A stretch of DNA of 40,896 bases from a virus (Duplodnaviria; Heunggongvirae; Uroviricota; Caudoviricetes): IMG/VR virus record IMGVR_UViG_2558309052_000002, one strand, 5' to 3'. Below are positions 16,864 through 26,786 of the stretch, one piece after another. The notes under the pieces were generated by a model. The model made no database searches. It saw only the letters and a list, made by a program, of their open reading frames with translations, and had not been told where the DNA came from. The first letter of the stretch is position 1. The number at the start of each line of letters is the position of its first letter. A program made the translations under genes and the position numbers.

Positions 16864-17202
16864 TCACACCCCGCGCAGGATACGAATGACGTCGCCTTCA
16901 CCCCCGGCTTCATCAAGTGCAATACCACAGGATTTACCGTCGCCGGACTGCGGCACGGCTCTGGCCTGAGCATCTGACTGAACAGCCACACCACGGCTGA
17001 CAGCGGCCCCGGCCTCGACAGCAATAATGCCCAGAACGCTCACCGGCGTGCTGTCGCCGGTAACAGCATCCACTTCGGCAACCCCGAGCGCTGCGGCACC
17101 GGCTTTACAGGGGGTATTATCTGCCCCGACAAAACGCTGCTGTGCCAGTGCTGCCCCTGCCGTTACGGTTGTGATCAGAATGACCTGCTGAGTGGTTCCC
17201 AT
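16864..17202 (-). CDS. Mu gp35-like small head protein
   Basis: 112 aa, Ala/Gly/Val-rich, immediately downstream of the major capsid gene. Confidence 0.55.
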   Translation of the reverse strand: MGTTQQVILITTVTAGAALAQQRFVGADNTPCKAGAAALGVAEVDAVTGDSTPVSVLGIIAVEAGAAVSRGVAVQSDAQARAVPQSGDGKSCGIALDEAGGEGDVIRILRGV

Positions 17203-17211
17203 AACGCCTCC

Positions 17212-18165
17212 TTATTTACTGATACCGGTAATGAGATACCCGGCATCGCCACCAACCACGGCGACTTTGTAGATATCGGTATAACGGCAGTACTTCACCT
17301 TGCCACCGGCTCCGTCGTATTTGTCGGCAACAGGCATCCCCTTACGACGCAGGGTGTAGCCGAAGGACGGCTCGTTCTCGTCCGCGCTGTCCGCCCCCGG
17401 CTGCGGTTTGCCGACATAGTGCAGCATCAGATTGTCTCCCCAGATATCCGCCGGCACGCTGTTCTTATCCATTGCCGCTTTCATGGACGGCAGGGAGACT
17501 GGGGCACCGATGACGATCTCTTCGATCTGAAAGAGGTCCTGCAGGATTTCTGTGGTGATGCGCTTGCGTTCGTTGGCTCCGATGGCGGCCTGAATCGCCG
17601 GGTGGAACTTCAGCAGCGCCATCACGCCGGCCCCCATGGTCATCAGGTTAGGACGCAGCCCCGTGGCCGTACGGACCGCTTCCATACCGGCTTCAATCAC
17701 CCCGATGGGGTCCCCCTTACCACCGGCCCAGCGATCACTGGCTGTCAGTTTTTTGACGTGCCCGGTACGGTAGACCTTTTCATCCTGAGCCAGACGGGCA
17801 GCGATAAGTTCACGGCGCAGGTTCACGCCATTCGTGGCGCGACGGATGGCCTTGCTCTCTTCGTTAAACATGGACTCCGCCTGCTCGCGATAGTCCACCG
17901 GCGCAGCCAGATCGTGTTCACCCAGCACCAGGTCCAGCGTGCCTGTTTTTTCACGGACCAGAACATTGCTGTCCGCCCCGACGGCACGCTCGGTGTCATA
18001 TTCCACAAAGGCGGTTTTCCCGAAGGTCGGTACACGCACGCCTTCCTTGTCCGTCAGCACGACGGGGAAAATACGTTCGCCGATGAATGCGGCATTTTTA
18101 TAGCCACGGGCGATACTGGTCAGTACCGGATCAACGACACGTTTACCTTTTAAGTAATCAGACAT
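17212..18165 (-). CDS. major capsid protein (Mu T-like)
   Basis: 317 aa; follows the protease/scaffold gene in the same order as Mu I/Z then T. Confidence 0.85.
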   Translation of the reverse strand: MSDYLKGKRVVDPVLTSIARGYKNAAFIGERIFPVVLTDKEGVRVPTFGKTAFVEYDTERAVGADSNVLVREKTGTLDLVLGEHDLAAPVDYREQAESMFNEESKAIRRATNGVNLRRELIAARLAQDEKVYRTGHVKKLTASDRWAGGKGDPIGVIEAGMEAVRTATGLRPNLMTMGAGVMALLKFHPAIQAAIGANERKRITTEILQDLFQIEEIVIGAPVSLPSMKAAMDKNSVPADIWGDNLMLHYVGKPQPGADSADENEPSFGYTLRRKGMPVADKYDGAGGKVKYCRYTDIYKVAVVGGDAGYLITGISK

Positions 18166-18179
18166 GCTCTCTCCTTAAA

Positions 18180-19295
18180 TTACAGGCAGCGTGCGACAGC
18201 AGCCTCATAGCTGATGCCTTCTTTTTTGGACAGGGCCACTGCTTTCTGATGCAGGGCCAGACGCTCAGGATCGGCTTCCGCAAACTCTGCCACATCCACC
18301 TTCACCGTGTCGCCGACACGCTCTTTTGTGGCCTGTTCGGCGAAATTCATCACCGGCTCCCCGTCGGAGAGCAATGAACGAAAGGCGGTGGCCAGCGGTG
18401 TGCGGCTTTCCCCCTCAGCAAACTCCACCGGCTTGTCGCCACCGGCGACGGCATCCAGCAGGGCAACCACCACGGAGGAGGCGCGGGGAGCCAGACGGCC
18501 CTCTGCGACCAGTTTTTCTGCAAAGGCCACATTGTCCTTATGCAGTTGCTCCTGTCTGACCTGTGCATCACGCGCATCGCGATCAGCAGCCTGCTGCTTC
18601 AGGCGGCGGTTCTCCTCCTGAAGGGCTTCAATCTCTTCTTTTGTCATCGATGATTCCTCGTTACTTGCGGAAGACGGCCCCGGGCCTGTCTCACTGAATT
18701 GTGCACCTGCTGCATCCTGCGACAGTGTGTCGCGGTACGCCTCTTCGCGCAGACTGTTGAGCTGCCATTCCGGCAGGACTTTTTCTGCCTCGTCCAGACT
18801 GAAGCGGGCGATCAGAAAATCGCGCAGCTTTCCCCACAGGGAGGCATTCGTGATGGCCTGCCAGTCGGCGAACTCCACCACACCTTCTTCCTGCTCACTG
18901 AAGGACACCTGTTTCAGCCCCTTGACGGAAGGTGGCTGTGCCCCGAGAAAGCCCACATGGCGAAGGTAGAGCACGCCGGGCTTCGGATTGGACGGTGAAT
19001 CCGGGAGGTAGAAAGAGGCGGACACTTTTTTGAATCGTCCGTCGGTGACCATCTCAGCAAACTGCGGGTCCAGCTGGGCAGGCTCTGCCATCAGATCGAC
19101 GCCGCTGAGCGACAGGGCTTTCACCCAGCCCCACGCCGGGTCTTCCGTTCTGGGATGACCAATCACGAGTGGTGCTTCATGGACGGACGGGTCATAGGCT
19201 TTCACGCAGGCGGCAAGATCGTCTGGCGTGAACGGCAGTTTTTTGCCGTGCATATCGGTATGAGTACCGGCTTTAAAAATGTGAATGGCTGACAT
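18180..19295 (-). CDS. head maturation protease / scaffold (Mu I-like)
   Basis: 371 aa, MSAIHIFKAGTHTDMHGKKLPFTPDDLAACVKAYDP... with an acidic coiled-coil C-terminal half typical of Mu I with nested scaffold Z. Confidence 0.85.
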   Translation of the reverse strand: MSAIHIFKAGTHTDMHGKKLPFTPDDLAACVKAYDPSVHEAPLVIGHPRTEDPAWGWVKALSLSGVDLMAEPAQLDPQFAEMVTDGRFKKVSASFYLPDSPSNPKPGVLYLRHVGFLGAQPPSVKGLKQVSFSEQEEGVVEFADWQAITNASLWGKLRDFLIARFSLDEAEKVLPEWQLNSLREEAYRDTLSQDAAGAQFSETGPGPSSASNEESSMTKEEIEALQEENRRLKQQAADRDARDAQVRQEQLHKDNVAFAEKLVAEGRLAPRASSVVVALLDAVAGGDKPVEFAEGESRTPLATAFRSLLSDGEPVMNFAEQATKERVGDTVKVDVAEFAEADPERLALHQKAVALSKKEGISYEAAVARCL

Positions 19296-19322
19296 TTTGC
19301 TGTCCCGCGTTATGTTGTCGGA

Positions 19323-19361
19323 GACAGTTTGTGAGAAATGCAGGCCCGGCGATTTTAATCT
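19323..19361 (-). promoter_or_regulatory. late-promoter-like motif (copy 2), upstream of the protease/scaffold gene
   Basis: ATTAAAATC-N23-CTGTCTCC on the minus strand inside the 214-bp gap between the gpG-like and protease genes; preceded by TCCCC and CTAAA tracts. Position corresponds to Mu P-I. Confidence 0.55.
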
Positions 19362-19509
19362 GCTTTAGAAAACATCAGGGGAGAAGGACAGGGAAAGCAA
19401 TGCGGTGAACCGGAGGCGGTTATAAAACAGAGGCTGTAAAGCCTTTATAAAGGTAATACAGCCCCTCATTCGCTGGCAATGATAAATCACCCGCCTGAAG
19501 AGAGAAAAC

Positions 19510-19968
19510 TCAGCGACGGGCCGCTGATTCAAGATGGCGGACAATGGTATCGAGGATGGGGATTACCACTTCAGGCTGTAGTTCTCCATCCCCCGTCACC
19601 GGCAGGAACGGGCGGGCCGGAAGTTCAACAGACTCATTACGCCCCGTTTTACCCCCGAACTGGTGAATGGCACCGTAAACAACGTTGGTCCCCACAACAG
19701 CCTGCCGGTCGTCATGGTCGGTTGATACTGACCCCATCAGACGCCCGGTATCCTGCAGTGTCTGCCCGTCACGTTCTTCCGCTGCCAGCGAGGGCATCCA
19801 CCCCGGACGCCCCTCATCAAGAAAGTTAAACTGTGTTTCCGCCAGCAGGGTTCCGGCGATTTTGCGCATCGCGGGCTCCAGGTCTGTGGCAGCAAGATCC
19901 AGCGCACGGAGGCTCCGGCGCAGGGACTTATCGTTAATGGTGATACTGACCAGGTTATCGGAAGCCAT
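19510..19968 (-). CDS. virion morphogenesis protein (Mu G-like)
   Basis: 152 aa; located between the F-like and I-like genes as in Mu. Confidence 0.75.
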   Translation of the reverse strand: MASDNLVSITINDKSLRRSLRALDLAATDLEPAMRKIAGTLLAETQFNFLDEGRPGWMPSLAAEERDGQTLQDTGRLMGSVSTDHDDRQAVVGTNVVYGAIHQFGGKTGRNESVELPARPFLPVTGDGELQPEVVIPILDTIVRHLESAARR

Positions 19969-19970
19969 TG

Positions 19971-20792
19971 TTATCCTCTCAGTTCCTGTTGTGCCAGTGG
20001 CTGAAGCGTACCCTGATAGCGGGCCAGGTCGGGACGGTATGCTGCCCCCGGAGCATAAGACCAGCCGACGTCGGTGGTCACCTTCGTGGTGCCGGTATTA
20101 AAGGTGGCCACGTTCCGCATTTCGCCGGTTTTCTCTGAGACCAGTTTCAGTTCCTGGCCCATGGCAGAGCCGGAGCTGATAACCTTCAGGCCACGGGCAC
20201 GTACATCCGCCGCACTCAGGGCAATAACACTACAGCGGCAGCGCCAGCCGTTCGGCGGGTAAAATGCCTGCCAGAACGGGTCATCCCAGCGCAGCACCAG
20301 ACCATGCAGCGCCAGATGGCTCCTGCGGGTATGGCTGTCGTTGATGCCGGTATACATCCAGTACGGCCTGTCGTCGACGTTTTCCATCTGTTCCGCCCAA
20401 CGACCGGCGCTGTAGAGTACGGACATATTGGTGCGAAAGATGGTATCGAGCCGCCACGGACTGCCCTGCTGAATGGTGACCGGCTCACCCGTTACCGGGT
20501 CAGTCGTGTCACGTGGTCCCCACCATCCCTTACGCTTCAGCACCGGCTCCAGCTCCTGCCGGAACCAGCGATCGGTTTTTCCTTCATCGACAGCCTGCTG
20601 CAGTGCCCCGCGAATATCTTCCAGGATATCCAGGCGGGTCACTTTAGCAACGGTAAAGGCGCGGGCATGGGCCTCCTGCCACATTTCTTCCCAGTCCCAG
20701 GTAATCTGATATCCTTTGGACTTCAGGTAGTTGATTGCCCGCTTCGGGGGAAGCGTCATGCAGTACGCCAGTTCAGCCGTTGTCACGCTCAT
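19971..20792 (-). CDS. head morphogenesis protein (Mu F-like)
   Basis: About 273 aa from the ATG at 20792 (MSVTTAELAYCM...); contains ...GWRCRCSV... typical of the Mu F / SPP1 gp7 family; follows the portal gene. Confidence 0.8.
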   Translation of the reverse strand: MSVTTAELAYCMTLPPKRAINYLKSKGYQITWDWEEMWQEAHARAFTVAKVTRLDILEDIRGALQQAVDEGKTDRWFRQELEPVLKRKGWWGPRDTTDPVTGEPVTIQQGSPWRLDTIFRTNMSVLYSAGRWAEQMENVDDRPYWMYTGINDSHTRRSHLALHGLVLRWDDPFWQAFYPPNGWRCRCSVIALSAADVRARGLKVISSGSAMGQELKLVSEKTGEMRNVATFNTGTTKVTTDVGWSYAPGAAYRPDLARYQGTLQPLAQQELRG

Positions 20793-22269
20793 GCAGACGT
20801 CCCCGGATATTTGCCACAAAGAGAATGCGGGCCAGCCGCTCCTGCAGATCGTCCGTGTTCATCTGAGGGTAGAGCTCCGCCAGTTCGCCCAGCAGCTCAG
20901 ACGGGTTAACCCCGTTTTCGACCCGCCTGAACAGAGGTGCCAGGACGGGTTCCAGCGTGCCATTTAACGCGCCTCCGTTCATCAGAATGTCCAGCGCGTC
21001 GTCAAGCTGCTGCTGAGCCTGAATATCAGCATCAATCGCCTCGGCAAATGACAGCGGCAGCATGTTATTCTGGCGTTCCGACGGTGGTGTCTCGTCAATA
21101 TCGCCGTCCTGCAGTTGGTACTCACGCTTGAAGTACTGCGGGGTCAGACGCAGACCCGCCCGGGTGAGTTTTTCGTCGCGGGTGGCACGGGTGTCATCAA
21201 TGGCCTCCTGTTCCCACATGGCCCAGACCGGACACGGCACATCGCCGAAGTTCAGGGTGACCACCGTTCTGATGACCTGATTCACTGCCGCCTGAATGAT
21301 GTCCGCATCCGCATCGCGGATATCAGCCGTTACCTCCAGCCCGGCCTGTGCAGAGGCCTTGTTACTGTTCGCTTCCGTGGTCTGATTCTGACCGAGTAAT
21401 GCAATGGAGATCTCACTGCGTGACAGTGTGATCAGCTCGCGAAATACCTCGCTGCTGTCTGCCTTGCCATCCGCTGCCCTGAGCTCAATACTGCTGTCAT
21501 CGGGGATGGCGGCCACCGCGTCCTCCACCATCTGCTCCATGGAGTCCAGCAGTTTTTCAATCTCTGCATCATTTGCGCCCCTCGGGTGCTTACCGATCAC
21601 CCACGGGGAGCCAAACTTTTCGGCAAAGCGGAGCCAGAATTTCATCCCGCCTTTCTTGAAGGCGACCGGCCAGAAGCACATGGACAGGTCCGGGAAACCG
21701 TAAGGATTGTCATACGAGGCATCCTGTGCCGGCACCACGAATTTTGACGGTGACAGCAGCTCACCCTCCACACCCGCATCACGCGCCCGAAAGCGCAGGC
21801 AGTTGTCCGTATCAAACTGAAACCACTCAGGCGGTTTGCCGACAATATCCGTCACCGCCCACGACCTGACCGAACGGCCCCACATGATTTCACAGGGCTG
21901 ATACCCGTAGAGCACGGCATCGCTCATTTCACCGATGATGCGGGACAGATCCAGATCGTCGAGCATGTCGCGGATGAAACGGAAGACCCGGGCAGAGGCG
22001 TGACCACGCTCCAGTCCACGCTCCAGCGATTTGAGCGCTGCTTTACGTCTGCGGATACAGCCCCCGACCAGCGGGTCGGTGCGCAGTTCGCGGTAGATAC
22101 GGATATCCCGTCCCTGAGCCTTGAGAATGGGATCAGGATTGGGCAGATACATGCCCAGTCCGTAAAAGTCGATCGCGCGGCTGCGGGAGGCAATCTGCGC
22201 GGTCAGTGATTTCTGAGGCTCAGAAAAAGCAACAAATTCATCGGGTGAAACCCAGATACCCCTCGCCAT
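20773..22269 (-). CDS. portal protein (Mu gp29-like)
   Basis: 498 aa; start overlaps the large terminase stop; size and order match the Mu portal. Confidence 0.85.
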   Translation of the reverse strand: MARGIWVSPDEFVAFSEPQKSLTAQIASRSRAIDFYGLGMYLPNPDPILKAQGRDIRIYRELRTDPLVGGCIRRRKAALKSLERGLERGHASARVFRFIRDMLDDLDLSRIIGEMSDAVLYGYQPCEIMWGRSVRSWAVTDIVGKPPEWFQFDTDNCLRFRARDAGVEGELLSPSKFVVPAQDASYDNPYGFPDLSMCFWPVAFKKGGMKFWLRFAEKFGSPWVIGKHPRGANDAEIEKLLDSMEQMVEDAVAAIPDDSSIELRAADGKADSSEVFRELITLSRSEISIALLGQNQTTEANSNKASAQAGLEVTADIRDADADIIQAAVNQVIRTVVTLNFGDVPCPVWAMWEQEAIDDTRATRDEKLTRAGLRLTPQYFKREYQLQDGDIDETPPSERQNNMLPLSFAEAIDADIQAQQQLDDALDILMNGGALNGTLEPVLAPLFRRVENGVNPSELLGELAELYPQMNTDDLQERLARILFVANIRGRLHERDNG

Positions 22270-23864
22270 CAGAATCCCTCCAGCATACGGGCCGCCTGAC
22301 GACGACGGCGTGAGCTTGCCTTCACCGGCCCTTTGTTAATTTCACGGCTGGCGAAATACGCCAGCGCCAGTGCGATGGCTGAATCCCCGTGGCGTTTACC
22401 ACCGTCAGCCTTTGCTTTTGAGCGTTGCTCCGGTACGCGGGGGACACCGTTCACCACCTGAACGGCCCGCAGGTCATCCAGTGTGTCTTCATCCTTTGGT
22501 AAGTCCACCAGGTTGCCGTCTTCCAGTGCAGCTTTGACCGGAGGCATATGCTCCCGGTACCAGCCTTCGGTTGGCATCACCTGCTGAACCCGGCCGGAGC
22601 CGTAGCGCTGCATGGCGTATTCAGCCAGATAGGCACCATTACCACGGGCATCAAACGCTGCACCCAGCAGACCGGGCAGGCCATCCATCAGATACCAGGT
22701 GATTTGCTCCTGCTGTCTGAACGGCACGTTACGCAGCTCCAGTACGAATGGCACGCGTCGTACCAGGTTCTTCTCCTGCAGCAGGGGATAGTCCACCGAC
22801 AAATCACCGCTACGGCCAAAGTCGCGCCCCAGGAAAGAGCGGGCATCAGTGGGGAGTGCCTCCAGCAATGGTTTCAGATACTCATCAAGCCAGTCCTGCG
22901 TCTCGCGGAAGCGAACCTCATCAGACAGCAGTTCATAACCTTCCTTGCAGGTCAGACGCAATACCGGCGTATCAGCGGACATGCGGGACTCTATCAGGGC
23001 ACGGGACAGCCAGGCACCGCCACCGTTGGCCGGAATACAGTCAAGCTCTTCGGATGCGCCGGCACCGTAGAATTTGTACACCGATGCCATCCAGGCCTGC
23101 TCGGATGCCTCCGACCATTCCTTCCCGGTGCGCAGACAGACGCGCCGGAACAGCCCCTCAGATACGGCTTCCCGGAAAGTGATGCGATGTATGCTGCCTC
23201 CCTGACGTCCGGCACGGATATCCCCGATAAGCGTATTGAACGGATTGTCGTCACCGTCATGGGTGGAGATAACGCGTACCTTTCCCCCCCAGATAAGCAT
23301 CGCCAGCGCCGCTTTCAGCAGTTCGTCCAGTTGCTCATGGAACGCCGCTTCGTCGATAACAATAATACCCTGACGGCCACGCAGGTTAGACGGGCGGCTG
23401 GAGAGCGCAACAATACGAAAGCCGGAGTCAGGAAATTTGATGGTGTAAGTCTTGATGTGTTTGTCGTCGTCGTCCTCTTCCCAGAATCCTTCTTCAATTT
23501 CACTGGCCGCATAGTTGAATGCCCGTGCCCACATCGCACACGCCTGAATGTATTCGACGGTCATGTCCTGGTTATAAGCGATGTAATACACATTCATCCC
23601 GCCTGCTGGCGCAGAAGAGGCGGCGGTCAGTACGTTATCGGATGCCTCAGCCCATGTAATACCGGTACGACGGCTCTTTTCTATCACCTTAAGCGGAGAG
23701 GTGTCTGCCACCCAGCGCTGCTGGTAAGGCAACAGAACGGGAGGGGCATCCAGCGCCGAGGTATCAGGCAAAACGGGAGCAAGGTTATTCCTCCCGTCCA
23801 TGGGACTCATCCCTTCGGGGCCGCCGCCAGCGGCGTTTAAAATCACTCCGGATGATTTTGTCAT
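22269..23864 (-). CDS. terminase large subunit (Mu gp28-like)
   Basis: 531 aa; ATGA overlap with the upstream gp27-like gene; position before the portal gene. Confidence 0.85.
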   Translation of the reverse strand: MTKSSGVILNAAGGGPEGMSPMDGRNNLAPVLPDTSALDAPPVLLPYQQRWVADTSPLKVIEKSRRTGITWAEASDNVLTAASSAPAGGMNVYYIAYNQDMTVEYIQACAMWARAFNYAASEIEEGFWEEDDDDKHIKTYTIKFPDSGFRIVALSSRPSNLRGRQGIIVIDEAAFHEQLDELLKAALAMLIWGGKVRVISTHDGDDNPFNTLIGDIRAGRQGGSIHRITFREAVSEGLFRRVCLRTGKEWSEASEQAWMASVYKFYGAGASEELDCIPANGGGAWLSRALIESRMSADTPVLRLTCKEGYELLSDEVRFRETQDWLDEYLKPLLEALPTDARSFLGRDFGRSGDLSVDYPLLQEKNLVRRVPFVLELRNVPFRQQEQITWYLMDGLPGLLGAAFDARGNGAYLAEYAMQRYGSGRVQQVMPTEGWYREHMPPVKAALEDGNLVDLPKDEDTLDDLRAVQVVNGVPRVPEQRSKAKADGGKRHGDSAIALALAYFASREINKGPVKASSRRRRQAARMLEGF

Positions 23865-24406
23865 GTGGCAATCCCCAGAATCTCGCGACGAAGCGCCTGT
23901 ACTGCGTCGCTTGACAGTCCCCCCTTACGGGCAATTTTCTCGGCGTTGCTGGCTGCCTGCTGCGCTCTGGCCCGTACTTCAGACTGGAACTTTTTGAGGT
24001 TGACGGACGCGCGGGACAGCGTAGCCACATTCTTCGCCACCTTCGACAGCAGGGCCACGCGTTCTTTAGGATCGACTTCGCCTTCTTCCGCCTCCTGCAA
24101 CTGGACAATACTCTCGAACAGCTCGGTCTGAATAAGGGCTATCACAGCCTCCGAACGCGCATCCTGATCGTCTGCTGCGCCTTCGGTCAGCATGCGGGCC
24201 GCTTCTGTTGCCGCACGGATAGCACCATAGCGGCGCTCAATCTTCTGTCCATAGCGATGGATAGCGGATTTGCTGATGACGTACCCCCGCTCACGCAACA
24301 GTGACTCCAGCTCGTTATACCCGCTGAAGCCGGATTCAGTCAGCGCCCGTTCAAGCCAGCGGCGCACGTCTTCCGGCAGCTTTTCTATTGTGCTGCGTCT
24401 GGCCAT
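23861..24406 (-). CDS. Mu gp27-like DNA-binding protein (putative terminase small subunit)
   Basis: 181 aa, MARRSTIEKLPEDVRRWLERAL..., basic, coiled-coil C-terminus; immediately upstream of the large terminase. Confidence 0.7.
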   Translation of the reverse strand: MARRSTIEKLPEDVRRWLERALTESGFSGYNELESLLRERGYVISKSAIHRYGQKIERRYGAIRAATEAARMLTEGAADDQDARSEAVIALIQTELFESIVQLQEAEEGEVDPKERVALLSKVAKNVATLSRASVNLKKFQSEVRARAQQAASNAEKIARKGGLSSDAVQALRREILGIAT

Positions 24407-24717
24407 TATTCACTCCAGTACTTTTCCGGGCGGGCAATACCCGGACCACATTCCACGGTGTATTCCACCAGGTCTACGCCGAGGCGGGTCAGGTCAGCAA
24501 ACCAGTCGCCAGAAGGTTTTTTCTCCAGCTCAACCATTTTACGGTCAGCCAGATAATCCAGTTCGCGGCGCAGTTCCAGCGGTGTGGTGTCCGGGTAGAT
24601 GGCACGGGACACATCCAGCAGCAGCGTCTCGCTGGCGGTGTAAGGGCGGGTCTTGTTCAGGGCAACCAGCAGACTCCAGCGCAGGGATTCGCGGCGTACC
24701 CGGGTAATATCGACCAT
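24406..24717 (-). CDS. hypothetical protein (Mu gp26-like position)
   Basis: 103-aa ORF between the lysis cassette and the terminase genes; order-based call. Confidence 0.45.
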   Translation of the reverse strand: MVDITRVRRESLRWSLLVALNKTRPYTASETLLLDVSRAIYPDTTPLELRRELDYLADRKMVELEKKPSGDWFADLTRLGVDLVEYTVECGPGIARPEKYWSE

Positions 24718-25043
24718 TATTGACCTCCGGTATTGCGGTACTGCTGTACCACTTCCAGTTTGTTATAAAGCGCGTCCAGTTTGGCCTCAATGACTGTCTG
24801 GCCACGGATATAATCCTCTCGACGGACATAATTCAGCGGTAAATCCGCTTTAAATCGCATAAATTCTTTTTCCAGCTCGCCCCAGTTGGAGGCGGATTGT
24901 TGCAGGGCCTGTTCAAGGGAGGCGAATCGTGCCGCCTGGCGTTCTTCTGTTTTACTGAACAACCATTTGGCGAGCCCTCCCACAAACCTCATGAAGGTGA
25001 GCAGAAAACTCACCACCGTCCAGAATTCAACCTGCAGTGTCAT
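24717..25043 (-). CDS. small membrane protein (Mu gp25-like position), lysis-associated?
   Basis: 108 aa with one N-terminal hydrophobic helix (FWTVVSFLLTFMRFVGGLA) then a coiled-coil; start overlaps the spanin stop. Confidence 0.45.
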   Translation of the reverse strand: MTLQVEFWTVVSFLLTFMRFVGGLAKWLFSKTEERQAARFASLEQALQQSASNWGELEKEFMRFKADLPLNYVRREDYIRGQTVIEAKLDALYNKLEVVQQYRNTGGQ

Positions 25044-25690
25044 TTCTGTAATCCTTCCCGTTCATCCAGCAGCGCGTTTATCTGGTTCCGCCAGCGACGA
25101 CATTGCCATGCGTTGTCGATGATGTTGGCGAGAACGTCACGCTGGGAGACACCCGAATCGCGTAACCGGGTGTCAGTGGTTTCAGGTTGCCCGGTCGCTG
25201 TGCCAGAGCGGGTGCCAGTGGCGGCAACTGAGTCTGAATGACCGGTGTCGACGGATGCGTTGTCATATCCGAGTGCGGCGTTGTACTGGCGCACGAAACC
25301 GCGAGTAAACACGCACTCAATGGGATGACTCTTACCTTTTTCATCAATCCAGCGCTGTGTGACATCGTTAATTTGCCCCTGTAGTTGTTTGTTCCGGCTC
25401 TCCAGTTGAGCAATCTGCTCAAGATAACCGGCTTCAGCCCGCTGCCCGGCGGCCACCTGCTCCTGATACCGTCTGGCCCAGGCCCGCAGCGCAGCATTCT
25501 CAAGCGTTGCCTGCTCCGTTTTGTACGCGTCAAATGCTGACTGCAACTGACTTAGCGCGGTATCACCGTCACGCTTTGCAGAGTCATGACCACTTCTGTA
25601 TCCCATGGCATACAGGCCGACCAGAAAGGCATTGATAAGAATGGCCAGCAGAATGCCGCGCCACGGCAGCTTTTTAACCAGATGCCACAC
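25040..25690 (-). CDS. i-spanin (Rz-like inner-membrane spanin subunit)
   Basis: N-terminal TM helix (WRGILLAILINAFLVGLYAMGY) followed by a long coiled-coil; candidate GTG start at 25690 with GGAGG 7 nt upstream; contains an embedded +1-frame lipoprotein gene. Confidence 0.7.
   Translation of the reverse strand: MWHLVKKLPWRGILLAILINAFLVGLYAMGYRSGHDSAKRDGDTALSQLQSAFDAYKTEQATLENAALRAWARRYQEQVAAGQRAEAGYLEQIAQLESRNKQLQGQINDVTQRWIDEKGKSHPIECVFTRGFVRQYNAALGYDNASVDTGHSDSVAATGTRSGTATGQPETTDTRLRDSGVSQRDVLANIIDNAWQCRRWRNQINALLDEREGLQK
25078..25344 (-). CDS. o-spanin (Rz1-like outer-membrane lipoprotein) embedded in the i-spanin gene
   Basis: Embedded ORF starting MKKVRVIPLSACLLAVSCAS (signal peptide with lipobox-like LAVSC) followed by a proline-rich segment; entirely inside the i-spanin gene in another frame. 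Confidence 0.65.
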   Translation of the reverse strand: MKKVRVIPLSACLLAVSCASTTPHSDMTTHPSTPVIQTQLPPLAPALAQRPGNLKPLTPGYAIRVSPSVTFSPTSSTTHGNVVAGGTR

Positions 25691-26294
25691 AACTGCTGCC
25701 TCCCCATGTGAGATATCGCGGTGCCAGTTCGCGCAGGATGCGCTGCGGATAATGGCGGTTCTCCCGCCAGCTGGCCGCATTGCGTCCGGCATTCACCGTG
25801 GCGACATGTCCGAACCAGCGGGTGCTGTCCAGACCTTTCTGTGATGCAAGCCGCCTGTCCCGTTGTACCCAGCCCAGACCACCGTTATAGCCCGACAGTG
25901 TCATGGCCATACGCTCGCAGTCACTGGCGGCGCTGACACGCTGCCACAGCCAGCGGTCATAGCTGACCAGCGCCCGGATAGCCCATGCCGGATTAAACGG
26001 CTCACGACTGCTCAGCATCGGTATCAACTGGCTTATCCAGTCGGCAGTGGCAGGCATGAACTGCGCCAGTCCCTGAGCGCCAGCCGGCGAGATCGCATCA
26101 GGTCGCCAGCCGCTTTCCTGATGCAGTTGCGCGGCGAAATCGGCCACCGGCGCAGACAGTCCCCATTCAAGCCGGGCATTACGGATCACATCATCGCGAT
26201 ACTGCAGCGCAGCCTGCGGAGGTTGTGCTGCGCATGCCTGGCTGAAAAAGCCGCCACACCAGAGCAACATTGCGACAAAGAATACCCATGCCAT
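25674..26294 (-). CDS. endolysin, SLT-domain lytic transglycosylase with N-terminal signal/anchor
   Basis: From the ATG at 26294: MAWVFFVAMLLWCGGFFSQACAA... then ...LHQESGWRPDAISPAGAQGLAQFMPATA... (soluble lytic transglycosylase catalytic motif). The longer ORF in the track overlaps the holin gene and is less likely. Confidence 0.8.
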   Translation of the reverse strand: MAWVFFVAMLLWCGGFFSQACAAQPPQAALQYRDDVIRNARLEWGLSAPVADFAAQLHQESGWRPDAISPAGAQGLAQFMPATADWISQLIPMLSSREPFNPAWAIRALVSYDRWLWQRVSAASDCERMAMTLSGYNGGLGWVQRDRRLASQKGLDSTRWFGHVATVNAGRNAASWRENRHYPQRILRELAPRYLTWGGSSCVASG

Positions 26295-26416
26295 ATGAAC
26301 CAGAAAGGTCCCGGCGCGGACTGACAGGCGTTCGGTTCTGATGAAGACCCGAAAGGCTTCGAAAGCCAGTTTCAGGGACATGCATACAATCCAGGTGATC
26401 TGCGGCCAGTTCATGA

Positions 26417-26767
26417 TTAAAGCCCCATCGCAACAGCCAGGCAGACCGCTGCAACAATCAGTGCACGGCGGATTAACGCAGCAGAAAACACCAGGTGAAG
26501 GCCGGTCTGTACCGGGAAACGCCCTTCAGCCATCAGCCTGTCGTCATGTTTCAGGTACTGACCGGGACGGGCTTTGGGGAAGAGCGAACGGTCAAGCCAG
26601 TAACCCAGCACTGCTGCCAGCGTGATGAGTGCCAGCTTGTAGATCACAACAGGCAGCTGCTGTGGTGAGACCAGAGCGATGGTGCCCAGCAACAGCACTG
26701 AGGTCAGCAGCCAGCCGCTGAGGCGAGGTTTTTTAACAGGGGGAATGAATTTTTTCAGGTTTTTCAT
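26417..26767 (-). CDS. putative holin (three predicted TM helices)
   Basis: From the ATG at 26767 (RBS AAGGAG): MKNLKKFIPPVKKPRLSGWLLTSVLLLGTIALV... with three hydrophobic segments; first gene of the lysis cassette. Confidence 0.6.
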   Translation of the reverse strand: MKNLKKFIPPVKKPRLSGWLLTSVLLLGTIALVSPQQLPVVIYKLALITLAAVLGYWLDRSLFPKARPGQYLKHDDRLMAEGRFPVQTGLHLVFSAALIRRALIVAAVCLAVAMGL

Positions 26768-26786
26768 GTGTGTCTCCTTATCTGGT